64,000 nucleotides of DNA from Pyrinomonadaceae bacterium (GTDB lineage Bacteria; Acidobacteriota; Blastocatellia; Pyrinomonadales; Pyrinomonadaceae), in NCBI GenBank assembly GCA_046313635.1, contig JBKBYA010000004.1, forward strand, positions 128,001 to 192,000, read 5' to 3'. A model generated the notes under the pieces. The model was given only the letters and a program-made list of their open reading frames with translations, did not search any database and had not been told where the DNA came from. Shown one piece after another: positions 1-9,195 of the stretch. The translations under genes and the position numbers were made by a program. Numbering within the stretch: position 1 is the first letter of the stretch; every line of letters starts with the position of its first letter.

Positions 1-1092
1 CGAGAGGTCGTAGATGTTGTGAACCTTGTATTTTTTTGCGACCTCTCTCAGCCCCGTGAACCAGACCGCCGCACGTTCGTTCTCGTCAACCTCCTCGTTG
101 TCGGTGGTCTTCTGGTTTCCTTTAGGCAAGTAACAGTGGTGAGCCTCATCGTTAAGGATCAGCACGCGACTGCCGGTCTTGAAGTCCGACAGCACGCGCT
201 TGAGCACAAGCGAAAAGTCTTCTTTGTTATCGGTCTTTACTTTGTTTCCGTCGAGATCGACCTTTCCGTCGAAGGGGCTTCTTTTGTTGCCTTGCAGCGT
301 CTTAGGCATGAAGGCGTGATAGTTGGTGATGACCAGCCGCGAATTGAGATTCTGAAGGCGCTCCCGAAGACTCTTAGGGACCAGTCGACGCATCCGGTAA
401 TAATCCTCGGCATCGTGCTCGGCCTGTGCTCGCGTGTCGACAAAGAGCACGCCGAGGCGGTCCTTGATCGTTACGCCCGGCGCGACGGCGAGAAAGTAAT
501 CGGCAAAACGAACGTCGTTCCTGTATTCCTGGCGGTTTGCGAAATGGTAAAGGATCAGGCAGGCCATGACCACCGTCTTCCCGCTCCCAGTGGCCATCTT
601 GAATGCCGTGCGCGGAAGCTCTTCGTCGGCATTGCGACTGACTGACATCTGAGCGGCTCTGATCATCCGGAGAATGTTTTGGCCGGCGTTCGATTTCTCA
701 GCGACTTCGTTCAACCAGATGGCTGTCTCGACCGCCTCACGTTGTGCAAAGAAGAGTTTGTACCTTGGCTCGCGTTCGGGATTCTCTAACCAGAAGCGAA
801 GGAGTTCGGATGTGACGCGGGTTGTTTCGGGGTATTTCGCCACGCGCCATTTACCGACTTCCTTCCGGCAGAGGTTGATCAGGTGATTTTCGATAGCCTC
901 CTCTGACGGCTCAGAAAACGTTATCGATCTCTGCTTAGACTGTCGCGTCGGGGTTGGCTGATTTTCCAAGCGAGGGTCGAAGGTTCGCCGCCCCTTGATC
1001 ACGCCTTCGTAGTTAAGCGAGCCGTCGGCGGTCTTGGCGTAGTGAAGACGCGGTTCGTCGTATGGGCTGTTGAGAATGGGATTATCGCTCAT
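1..1092 (-). CDS. Probable DNA methyltransferase / restriction-modification-type protein, 3' end beyond the left window edge
   Basis: Not in the ORF track because its stop lies outside the window. The + ORF 19..645 reads like an antisense shadow. Minus-strand translation from the ATG at about 1092 gives [30 protein letters not shown]..., then ...[22 protein letters not shown]..., ...[22 protein letters not shown]..., ...LIITGCVDW.. (adjacent frame) and ...[15 protein letters not shown].... GSGKT (Walker A) and DEAH are SF2 helicase motifs, which fit the Res subunit of a type III restriction system rather than the methylase. Confidence 0.75.
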   Translation of the reverse strand, partial: MSDNPILNSPYDEPRLHYAKTADGSLNYEGVIKGRRTFDPRLENQPTPTRQSKQRSITFSEPSEEAIENHLINLCRKEVGKWRVAKYPETTRVTSELLRFWLENPEREPRYKLFFAQREAVETAIWLNEVAEKSNAGQNILRMIRAAQMSVSRNADEELPRTAFKMATGSGKTVVMACLILYHFANRQEYRNDVRFADYFLAVAPGVTIKDRLGVLFVDTRAQAEHDAEDYYRMRRLVPKSLRERLQNLNSRLVITNYHAFMPKTLQGNKRSPFDGKVDLDGNKVKTDNKEDFSLVLKRVLSDFKTGSRVLILNDEAHHCYLPKGNQKTTDNEEVDENERAAVWFTGLREVAKKYKVHNIYDLS

Positions 1093-1686
1093 CGATTAGG
1101 GGTTAAATTAGGGTTATGGACTAAGGCGACGGCTTGCGCCAAGTCCGAACCGAAATTCAATAGAAAATACCAGCTTTGCATGGACATAGGAGTTATCAAG
1201 TTTTTGAGGCGATTGAAGCGATGAGAATTTAGCATCGGTGGCAACGGTATTTCAAGACGTGATCACCCGACAGGCTGGAAAGAACTCATCTTCTGGACGG
1301 AGCTGTCGATTTCCTTGGCGTCGAAGGTCGCGATATTAAGCATGGCGGACAGAACGGCCGAGCAATGTCGGACTTCTAATAACGAGTGTCGATTGCGGAT
1401 TTCGGATTGCGGGTTTGTGGGGCCACAAGTGGGGCCGGCCTTTCTGTGCAAGGGCTTCGCGCTGGGGGCCTGGCATTCTCGTGCCGGCGAGAGATGGTCT
1501 CGTATCGGGCGTGCTACTCGACGCGCTCGGCATGAACGTCGATTATGTGATGGAGCGGCGAGACGCTGACGCGGGGCCGGGGCGGAATTGGCGCGGCGGG
1601 GGGCGGCGGCTCGGTGCGGTGGGAGGTTTTGGGGTATGCTCGACGTCGCGGCCGGCCCGTGCGGCCCGGAGCTCCGAATACCTGTA

Positions 1687-2225
1687 TGACAAACTTCAGA
1701 ACAATTTTGATGACATTCGCGGCGGCGTTGTGCCTCGCGGCGGCGTTGACGGCGGCAGCACAGCAGCCTTCAAAGTGGAAAGCGTATGCGCCCGCGGGCG
1801 AGGTCTACTCGGTGTCGCTCCCGTGCACGCCCGCGGTTGAGCCCGACAGCGTGACGACAAAAGACGGCGTCAAGATCACGGTCAAGGTCGCCGGCTGCGT
1901 CGCGGGCACCGTGTACTATATGGTCTCGACGTCGGACTTTTCGTCGTTGCCCAACGGAGCAAAGGTCACGCTCGATACTTTTCGCGACGGGGTTGTGACC
2001 GGTTCGGGCACGGAGCTCGGGCCCGAGACGAGCGTCAGCCTCGGGGAGGCGCCGGGCCGTGCGTTCACCTCGACGGGCTCGATCGACGGCGTCGAAGTGC
2101 ACTACACATGGCGCGTGTATCTGGTCGGTTCGCGGATCTACACGCTCGCCGCGGCAAACACCGCCGCGACCACGCCGGCGACGGATGCCGATACATTCAT
2201 CTCGTCATTTAAGCTCAAAAAGTAG
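1687..2225 (+). CDS. Secreted hypothetical protein (PsbP/DcrB-like fold possible)
   Basis: ORF 1614..2225. Likely start MTNFRTILMTFAAALCLAAALTAAAQQ, a typical signal peptide. The C-terminal 'RVYLVGSRIYTL...DADTFISSFKL' pattern resembles PsbP-like proteins. Confidence 0.6.
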
Positions 2226-2328
2226 CCCGGCCGCTTGCCGCGCTTCGAATCAAAAGCCCGCGGGTTCCGGCGACGGCCGGACGCGGGCTTATTCGTCTTT
2301 GTTTAGATCGAGAGCTCTCGGGCAAAGG

Positions 2329-3984
2329 TCAGCGGCGGCCGAGCAGCGAGATGACGGCGGCCGGGAAGTCGGCGAGCTCGACCGGCTTGGAAACATGAAG
2401 CTGAAATCCGGCGGCGAATGCGCGTTCGCGATCTTCGACGCTGGTGTAGCCCGAGAGGGCGATGGCCGGCAGCTCCTGCGGCTTGAGACGGAGCTCTTCG
2501 CGGACGGCGCGGATGAGGTCGTAGCCGTCCGAGCCCGGCATGCCGATGTCGCTGATCAGCAGATCAAAGCGGTCCGAGGCGAGGGCCGAGCGCGCCGCCG
2601 CGGCATGATCGACGCAGTGGACGCTTGCTCCGTGAGACGCGAGCACGAGACTCAGCATCTCGAGCGCGTCGCGATCGTCGTCGACGACGAGCACGCGCGC
2701 ATTCGACAGCCGCCCCGAGGCGGCCCTGCCTTCGGCCGTCGAGCCGCGCTTGGCGTCGCCCGCCGTGTGCCCGGACGCGACCGGCAGCCGCACGGTAAAG
2801 GTGGTGCCCTTGCCCGGGCCGTCGCTAAAGGCTTCGATCGTGCCGCCGTGCTGCTCGACCAGATGACGCGCGATGGCGAGACCGAGGCCGAGACCTCCGT
2901 GGCGTCGCCGCGAAGAGCTGTCGGCCTGCCGAAAGCGATCAAAGATAAAGGGCAGGAAGTCGGCCGCGATGCCCTCGCCCGTATCCGCGACCTCGATCAC
3001 CGCTTCGGGCGATCGGCCGTCAGCGCCCGGCTGCCGTCGCAGCGAGACCGAGACGGTGCCGCCGCTCGGCGTGAACTTGATCGCGTTAGAGATGAGATTT
3101 GTCATCACACGGCGGAGCGCCGACGCGTCACCGTCGATCACGCCGGCCGTCTCGTCTATGTCGGCGACAAGCCGCTGGCCCGCGGCCGCCGCGTCGGGCT
3201 GGAGGTCTTGGGCGGCGTCGGCGACGATGCTGTGCAGATCGACGGGAGCCGACTCGAGCTCGAGCTTGCCGGCCGCGATGCGAGAGATGTCGAGCAGGTC
3301 GTTGACGAGCTCGTTCTGGGCGGCGACGGCGCGCTCGATCGTGGCAAAGGCGCGGTCGCGGTCTGACCTGTCGAGCTGGCCGGCCCTAAGCAGCGAGAGC
3401 CAGCCGCCGATGGCGTGCAGCGGCGTTCTGAGCTCGTGCGAGAGGACGGCGAGAAACTCGTCCTTGGCGCGGTTGGCGGCCTCCGCATCGCGGCGTGCGG
3501 CCTGCTCGCGCTCGAGTATCATCTGGCGCTCGGCCTCGACCTTGCGTCGCTCGGCGATCTCCTTGTTGAGCTCGGCGATCTTTGACGTGAGCAGGTTGAA
3601 TTTGATCGCCGCAGACTCCCGCGGCCTGAAGCGGAGCAGCACGAGCGACGGCCCCGGGTCGGACGGTCGCGGCCCGTCAAAGAGTGTGCCTTCGCATCGC
3701 AGCGGTACCGGCGGCGCGGCGGCTGACGTGTCGAGGTCGACCGCGCCGAAGAGCATCTGGCGCGAGCGAGCGCACCGCTTGAGGTACGCGGCAAATTTCG
3801 CTCTGTCGGACGGCGCAATCAGGTCAAAGATATCGCGGCCCGTCAAAAGGTCTGCGGCAGCGTGCCCGGTGAGCTGTGCAAAGGCCGAATTGGCGCCGAC
3901 GATCCGGCCGTCGACCGCCGCCACGACGGTGGCCTCGGGCAGTGCGTCCAGAACGACGAGCGCCTGCTGCGAGAGCGTGGTCAT
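2329..3984 (-). CDS. PAS-domain hybrid sensor histidine kinase with receiver domain
   Basis: PAS-like N-terminus; H-box [14 protein letters not shown]-box [24 protein letters not shown]-terminal receiver VLVVDDD...LISDIGMPG. The probable start MTTLSQQ at 3984 overlaps the stop of the upstream gene. Confidence 0.93.
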   Translation of the reverse strand: MTTLSQQALVVLDALPEATVVAAVDGRIVGANSAFAQLTGHAAADLLTGRDIFDLIAPSDRAKFAAYLKRCARSRQMLFGAVDLDTSAAAPPVPLRCEGTLFDGPRPSDPGPSLVLLRFRPRESAAIKFNLLTSKIAELNKEIAERRKVEAERQMILEREQAARRDAEAANRAKDEFLAVLSHELRTPLHAIGGWLSLLRAGQLDRSDRDRAFATIERAVAAQNELVNDLLDISRIAAGKLELESAPVDLHSIVADAAQDLQPDAAAAGQRLVADIDETAGVIDGDASALRRVMTNLISNAIKFTPSGGTVSVSLRRQPGADGRSPEAVIEVADTGEGIAADFLPFIFDRFRQADSSSRRRHGGLGLGLAIARHLVEQHGGTIEAFSDGPGKGTTFTVRLPVASGHTAGDAKRGSTAEGRAASGRLSNARVLVVDDDRDALEMLSLVLASHGASVHCVDHAAAARSALASDRFDLLISDIGMPGSDGYDLIRAVREELRLKPQELPAIALSGYTSVEDRERAFAAGFQLHVSKPVELADFPAAVISLLGRR

Positions 3985-4520
3985 TCTCCCTTGAAGTACT
4001 CGCGACCCGCTGCAGCCTGAGCCTCGGGCGTGCGTTCGAGATAAACGACGACCCGGCAGCCCGGATCGCCGAGAGCGATCGACTCCTCGATCGATACCTT
4101 GGCGTAGCCGAGATTGTCCGCCGCGATCGAGCCAAAAACGTTTGACGTCATCATGCACATCGCCGGCCGGCCGATGACGCGGTCCTCAAAAGGACAGACG
4201 CGATTGCCGAAAACGATCTTTTCGTCAGATTCTTCGATGATATAAAAATCGCCACGGATGCGGCGCTTGAGATCGACCAGCACGCGGGCGACCTGCTCGC
4301 GATCGAGCCGAGAGACCGCGAGTGCCGATTTATATGAGTCGTTGATGCGGTCGCCTATATTCTGGCCGACTAGACTGATGAATCCCGAGGCTTCGTCGAT
4401 GCCGACGATGTCCTGAAGAGCACCCGATAACTCGCGAATGAGATCGCGTAAAAAAACGTCTCGATCGAGCGGGACGTCCGCTCCGGCAAGGGCCGAAGAT
4501 AGCTGCGTTGTTTGTTCCAT
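3981..4520 (-). CDS. V4R-like / methanogen output domain 1 small sensory protein
   Basis: Cys motifs [16 protein letters not shown] and [11 protein letters not shown]. The start MEQTTQ at 4520 follows an AGGGGTAG RBS-like sequence (the ORF track starts at 4595). Confidence 0.75.
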   Translation of the reverse strand: MEQTTQLSSALAGADVPLDRDVFLRDLIRELSGALQDIVGIDEASGFISLVGQNIGDRINDSYKSALAVSRLDREQVARVLVDLKRRIRGDFYIIEESDEKIVFGNRVCPFEDRVIGRPAMCMMTSNVFGSIAADNLGYAKVSIEESIALGDPGCRVVVYLERTPEAQAAAGREYFKGE

Positions 4521-4747
4521 ATCTACCCCTGTTATGAGACTGAGCGACGCTGCCGCGCTAATGGTCATGTGGAGTGGCCGCTGTGACCGTATCACGCATT
4601 ATACACACGCGGAGCGGCGCTCCTACCGGCAAAACGGCCGTGCAGCCGCATTGTCAAAAATAATCTCGCGCAAAAAAAATGCCGGTGCTCGCCCGCACCG
4701 GCAAAGAGTATTCGGTCGATCGTGCGATCGCCTGCTGAGACGCCCGC

Positions 4748-7700
4748 TTACCTGACGTACGCACCGGGCAGAGGGGCGTCGCCCGTCGAGCCGAAACTCG
4801 TGATCGCGGTGCCGCCCGAGCTGCGGAGGATGTACCACTGCGAGACCTGCGGCCGGTAAACGGCGGCGTCGACCTTGCCGTCGCCGTCGTAGTCGCCCGG
4901 GGCCGCGACGTCGCCGGCCGCGCCGAAGGGAAAGGCAAAGAATGACGAGTCCTCGCTGCGGAGCACGTACCACTCGCCCGCCGACGGCCGGTAAAAGGCT
5001 ATGTCGGCCTTGCCGTCGCCGGTAAAGTCTCCGGGCACGGCACGGTCTGTTGACGTGCCGAAGCCGGCGGCGTAGAGCCCGGCGGTCGAGCGCAGCAGCC
5101 ACCATTCGGCGCCGCCCGAGCCGCCCGACGGGCGAAAGATCGCGATGTCCGCTCGGCCGTCGCCGTCGTAGTCGGCCGCGACCGGCCTGTCGCCCGCAAT
5201 GCCAAAGGCGGCGGTCGTCACGCCGCCGTCGGTCGAGCGGGCGATGTACCAGGTGCTCGTCGACGGCCTGAACACGGCCGCGTCAGCCCTGCCGTCGCCG
5301 TCGTAATCGGCCGGCACCGGAATGTCGCCATTCGAGCCAAAGGGAAATGCGTAAAAGGACGAGTCCTCGCTGCGGATGACGAACCATTGCCCGGTCGACG
5401 GCCTGAAAAAAGCGATGTCGGTCTTACGATCGCCGGTAAAGTCGGCCGCCGCGATCGCGTCGCTCGACGTGCCGAACTGCACCGCCCGCGCCGCGCCGCC
5501 CGAGCTCGGCTGCAGCCACCATTCGCCGCTCGCCGGACGAAAGATCGAGACGTCGGTCCGCGCGTCGCCGTCGAGATCGAAAGGAGCCCGAGCCTGAGGC
5601 ACGGCCGGGCCGCACTGATAGCCGCGGACGACGCGCACCGTGTCGACATACCAGCCGACGGCGCCCGTATTGTTGTCGGCGCCGAATCGCCACCTGAGCT
5701 GCACGGTCTGCCCGGCCGCCGCCGGCGGCAGCAGCGCCGTCGTCGTGATAAAGCCGCCGGAGTTGCCGGTCCAGGCCGCGCGGCCGGCGATCGGATTGTT
5801 GACGCCGTTGCCGAGCGAGGCGTTGTAGCCGCCGACGAGGAATCGGCCGCCGGCCGCGACAATGTCCTGCCATGAGCCGCCGCTCATGCTGATCTCGAGC
5901 ACGCCGCCGTCCCAATTAGCCTCGGTCTGAAAGCTATGGCGGAACGTCACGGTCGCCGCCTGCGCCGCGACGGTCATCGGCGGCGCGACGAGCACCGTTC
6001 CGCCGCCGATGTTGGTCGGCGGGTTTGGTGCAAAGGCCGCGTTCGGCGCGGTGTCGCTCGCCGCGGTCGAGACCGTAAACGGCGTGCCGCTCTGCTCGCT
6101 CATCACGATCCAGCCCGCGGGCAGCGACGGTGCCGCGGCGGCGTCAAAATTCTCGTTCGAGATCTGCGACGGCGTGCCGACGATGATCGTCCGGACAAAG
6201 CTCGTCGCGCCGAGGCTGCTCGAGACGTTGATCGTCAGGTCGAGCGTCGTGCCGCACGTCGTGCTGGCCGGGACGGTGTAGCTCAGCGAGAGCGTAACGC
6301 TCGATCCGCTCGTGATCGTGCCGTAACTCGCCGTCGGGCCCGAGCCGATCTGGGCCGTGACGCCGGTCGCGGTGACGCCGCTGACATTTGTGAGCGGCAC
6401 CGAGACGGCGATCGTCTCGCCGGGCTCGGGATATCCGTTGTTGTTGCCGGCCGCGTCGCCGATCGTGATCGCGAGGACCTGCGTCAGATTGGGCAGGTCA
6501 AAGGCCTCGACGACGCGCGTGTCGCCCGAGCCCGAACCGGGGTTGAGCACCTGTGCGCTCGCACCCATTCCGCGCGCGGCAAATCCGGCCCAGACGTCCG
6601 CCGTGTCGGCCGACGCCTCCGGAGCGAGCGGGCTTAGCTGCGCCGCCGAGACGATCGCGTCGCGGGCCTGCAGGAATGTCGGGTTGGCGGGCGAGAGCTT
6701 CATCGCGTCGGTGACGATCTGCAGCACCTTGCGGTTGCCGACCGCCCAGCCGAGCCGTGCGACCATTCGGGCCCGCACTTCCCAGAGCGCGCTCGACCAG
6801 ATCTCGCCGAGATTGTGGACCTGATCGACCGTAAAGCTGCCCGAGAACTGATTGCGTGGGAAGGCCGCGTTGTCGATATTGAACTGCGTCGCGTCGGCGT
6901 CGGCGAATGTGAGCGGATTGAATGGCCGGTTAAAAGGCCCGCCCGTGGCGCTTATCACCGCCTTTGGAAAGCGTCGGATGCCGTAATAGTAATTCGCGTT
7001 AAAGTTTGTCCCCTGGATGCGGTACGTCGCGTAGCCGGCGATGGTATAGATGCCGTCGATCGGGTCTGACGGCCTCGACAGCAGGCAGTGTGCGTAAAAG
7101 TCCGACCAGCCCTCGCCGAGACCCCGGGCCATATTGGTCGACAGGCCGTTCGAGTTGAAGTGCAGCCGGTTTGACAATCCGTGCGTCAGCTCGTGGATGA
7201 CGATGTCGGCGTCGAGATCGCCGTCAAAGTCTGGATCGGGGCCGTTCCAGATGTACATCTGCATCCGGCCGCGCTGACCGTCGAGAGGCGTCGCAAAATT
7301 TGCGTTGTTTGTGCCCGAGCAGTCCTGCGCCTCGGCCGAGATGCGGTCGCCCGCCAGCCCGCCGCGGCCAAAGTTGTCGTTCTGAAAGTTGCCCGCCGCC
7401 TCGGTAAAGCCGAGCCGGTAGGTCTCGTCGTGAAACCAGTTCGAGATGTAAAAGAGCTGCGTCACGGCGGCGCGCTGCGCGTCGTTCATCCCGTGCGGCT
7501 GCGCGATCGACGCGCAGGGCGTGACGGCCTCGGCCGCGGGTACGGGCGAGTCGCCCGAATTCGTGTTCGGGTTGCCGGGCGAGAACGCAAAGTCGAATGT
7601 GCGTGACGGCGAGACGGCCCGCCCGTTAAAGGTATCGACGCCATTCGTCACGTCGCGGTCGAGACCTGCCTCGACGTTGTTGCCGTCGGTCTCGGTGCCG

Positions 7701-8902
7701 CCGTCGCTGATCCAGCCGAGATTGTTAAAGCCGTACGGCGGCTCGTTGCCGACGCGTGTGACCAGCGTGCGTGCGAGCGCCGAGCCCTGCATGCCGAGCG
7801 TCGGGTCGATCGGGCCCGGCCTCAGCGGGAAGGGGCTGCTCGCGACCGGTATCATCGCGTTCTGATCGGCAAAGACGTTGTAGGTCGCCGGCTGGCTCTG
7901 GTCCTCGGTGATGTTCTTGCGCCAGAGCATCTCGCCGGTCGCCGCGTCGACGATGACGTAGTAGGCATCGGTCGGCTGCCAGAGCAGCACGCGCCATGCG
8001 GGCACGACGACGCCGGGCTCGGTCGGGAAGTAGATCTTTTCGGCGGTCGGCCCCCATTCGTCGGTGCCGAATTCGGCGAGGTCGCCCTCACCGGGAGCGG
8101 CCGCGGCTGCCTCGCGCCTTCCGCGTCGAACGAGGTCCGACGGTTTGAGCTCGCGACCGATATGTCCGGCGGCGGAGCGGACGGCCGCCTCGGCGCTGCC
8201 AAAATTCCTTTCGACCGACGACGCATCGACGCCGGCCGCGAGCGTATTGATCACGCGGACCATCTCGCCCGACCTGTTAAAGCCGGCCCTGATCTCGCCG
8301 CCAAAGACCGGAATGCCGTTGATCTTTTGCCGCAGCGAGGTGACGGCGAGCGTGCCGGCCGGATTGACGTCATCGGCCGCGACCTCGAGCCGGTCGACGT
8401 CGTGCGCGGCGACGCCAAAGAGATCGCTATTCTCCCGCGCAAAGGCGCGCAGCGTCTCGGCACGCGAGCGTCCGGCCGTCGCGGCAAGCGGCTGCGGCCG
8501 TCCGAGCCGCACGTCGGCGCCGACGACCTCAGGAGAGTTGGTCGCAGGATCGTATTCGACCTTGAGCGACGCGACGCGTCGGCCGAGCGCACGTTCGCCG
8601 CTCGAGAAGCGTTCGCGGATGTCTGCGACGTCGGCGGCGTTCTTGTTAGCGCGGCCGCGGATGGCGGCGAGCCTCTCGGACGAGTTCTTGCGGTCGGTGC
8701 GGATGTCGTAATTCTCGAGGCCCGGGGCATGACTCTCGGTGCGGGCGGGCCGAGATCGAGCGGGGTCTGCCGCCGAGGCGTACGACGGCGCGGGGAGCGG
8801 TCCGGCGGTCATCCAGAAAAACGCCGCGACGACCATTGCGGGCCCGACTATACCGAGCAGCAGGCAGGTCCGCCGCGGGGGAAGATCGTTCATATTCATC
8901 AC
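4748..8902 (-). CDS. Secreted M36 (fungalysin) metallopeptidase with FTP/PepSY propeptide, beta-sandwich domains and C-terminal FG-GAP/VCBS repeats
   Basis: Zinc motif IIHELTHGLSNRL followed by GEGWSD; NNANFATP.DG..GRMQMY; repeated D(Y/F)DGDG(K/R)AD motifs at the C-terminus. Confidence 0.92.
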   Translation of the reverse strand: MMNMNDLPPRRTCLLLGIVGPAMVVAAFFWMTAGPLPAPSYASAADPARSRPARTESHAPGLENYDIRTDRKNSSERLAAIRGRANKNAADVADIRERFSSGERALGRRVASLKVEYDPATNSPEVVGADVRLGRPQPLAATAGRSRAETLRAFARENSDLFGVAAHDVDRLEVAADDVNPAGTLAVTSLRQKINGIPVFGGEIRAGFNRSGEMVRVINTLAAGVDASSVERNFGSAEAAVRSAAGHIGRELKPSDLVRRGRREAAAAAPGEGDLAEFGTDEWGPTAEKIYFPTEPGVVVPAWRVLLWQPTDAYYVIVDAATGEMLWRKNITEDQSQPATYNVFADQNAMIPVASSPFPLRPGPIDPTLGMQGSALARTLVTRVGNEPPYGFNNLGWISDGGTETDGNNVEAGLDRDVTNGVDTFNGRAVSPSRTFDFAFSPGNPNTNSGDSPVPAAEAVTPCASIAQPHGMNDAQRAAVTQLFYISNWFHDETYRLGFTEAAGNFQNDNFGRGGLAGDRISAEAQDCSGTNNANFATPLDGQRGRMQMYIWNGPDPDFDGDLDADIVIHELTHGLSNRLHFNSNGLSTNMARGLGEGWSDFYAHCLLSRPSDPIDGIYTIAGYATYRIQGTNFNANYYYGIRRFPKAVISATGGPFNRPFNPLTFADADATQFNIDNAAFPRNQFSGSFTVDQVHNLGEIWSSALWEVRARMVARLGWAVGNRKVLQIVTDAMKLSPANPTFLQARDAIVSAAQLSPLAPEASADTADVWAGFAARGMGASAQVLNPGSGSGDTRVVEAFDLPNLTQVLAITIGDAAGNNNGYPEPGETIAVSVPLTNVSGVTATGVTAQIGSGPTASYGTITSGSSVTLSLSYTVPASTTCGTTLDLTINVSSSLGATSFVRTIIVGTPSQISNENFDAAAAPSLPAGWIVMSEQSGTPFTVSTAASDTAPNAAFAPNPPTNIGGGTVLVAPPMTVAAQAATVTFRHSFQTEANWDGGVLEISMSGGSWQDIVAAGGRFLVGGYNASLGNGVNNPIAGRAAWTGNSGGFITTTALLPPAAAGQTVQLRWRFGADNNTGAVGWYVDTVRVVRGYQCGPAVPQARAPFDLDGDARTDVSIFRPASGEWWLQPSSGGAARAVQFGTSSDAIAAADFTGDRKTDIAFFRPSTGQWFVIRSEDSSFYAFPFGSNGDIPVPADYDGDGRADAAVFRPSTSTWYIARSTDGGVTTAAFGIAGDRPVAADYDGDGRADIAIFRPSGGSGGAEWWLLRSTAGLYAAGFGTSTDRAVPGDFTGDGKADIAFYRPSAGEWYVLRSEDSSFFAFPFGAAGDVAAPGDYDGDGKVDAAVYRPQVSQWYILRSSGGTAITSFGSTGDAPLPGAYVR

Positions 8903-9195
8903 GCTTGTCGGCAGCGGATCGAGGCGAGCGACCGGAGTCGTCCGACGATCCTAAAGGCCGCTTACTTAATGGTCTCGGTCGAATCGAAAAAGGCCGGAAA
9001 ACATACTACACTTTAGATGCACAATAAATGGGAATTTGTATTACAGAATACTCAGGTCGGCAGATCCCTTTGCCGGCAGCCGCGGGCCGGTATTTTGGGA
9101 GGCCCGAGACCCTCAAAGGTCGGGAAAATTGACAGTTCCTTGTAACAAATAGCATTTTTCGAGTCAATCTTAGATTCGGCTCCCACGCTTTCAGG

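Noticed and set aside
19..645. 208-aa plus-strand ORF
   Set aside because: Antisense shadow of the minus-strand helicase-motif gene; it has no recognisable motifs of its own.
2059..3994. Long plus-strand ORFs of 435 and 373 aa
   Set aside because: Shadows of the minus-strand histidine kinase gene.
3985..4158. N-terminal extension of the kinase ORF to 4158
   Set aside because: It overlaps the V4R-like gene in another frame; the ATGA-coupled start at 3984 is more plausible.
4760..5590. Recurring gccgtcgccgtcgtagtcg DNA repeats, considered as a CRISPR or DGR-like repeat
   Set aside because: They encode FG-GAP DYDGDG protein repeats. They are degenerate at third codon positions, with no fixed spacers, no cas genes and no reverse transcriptase in the window.
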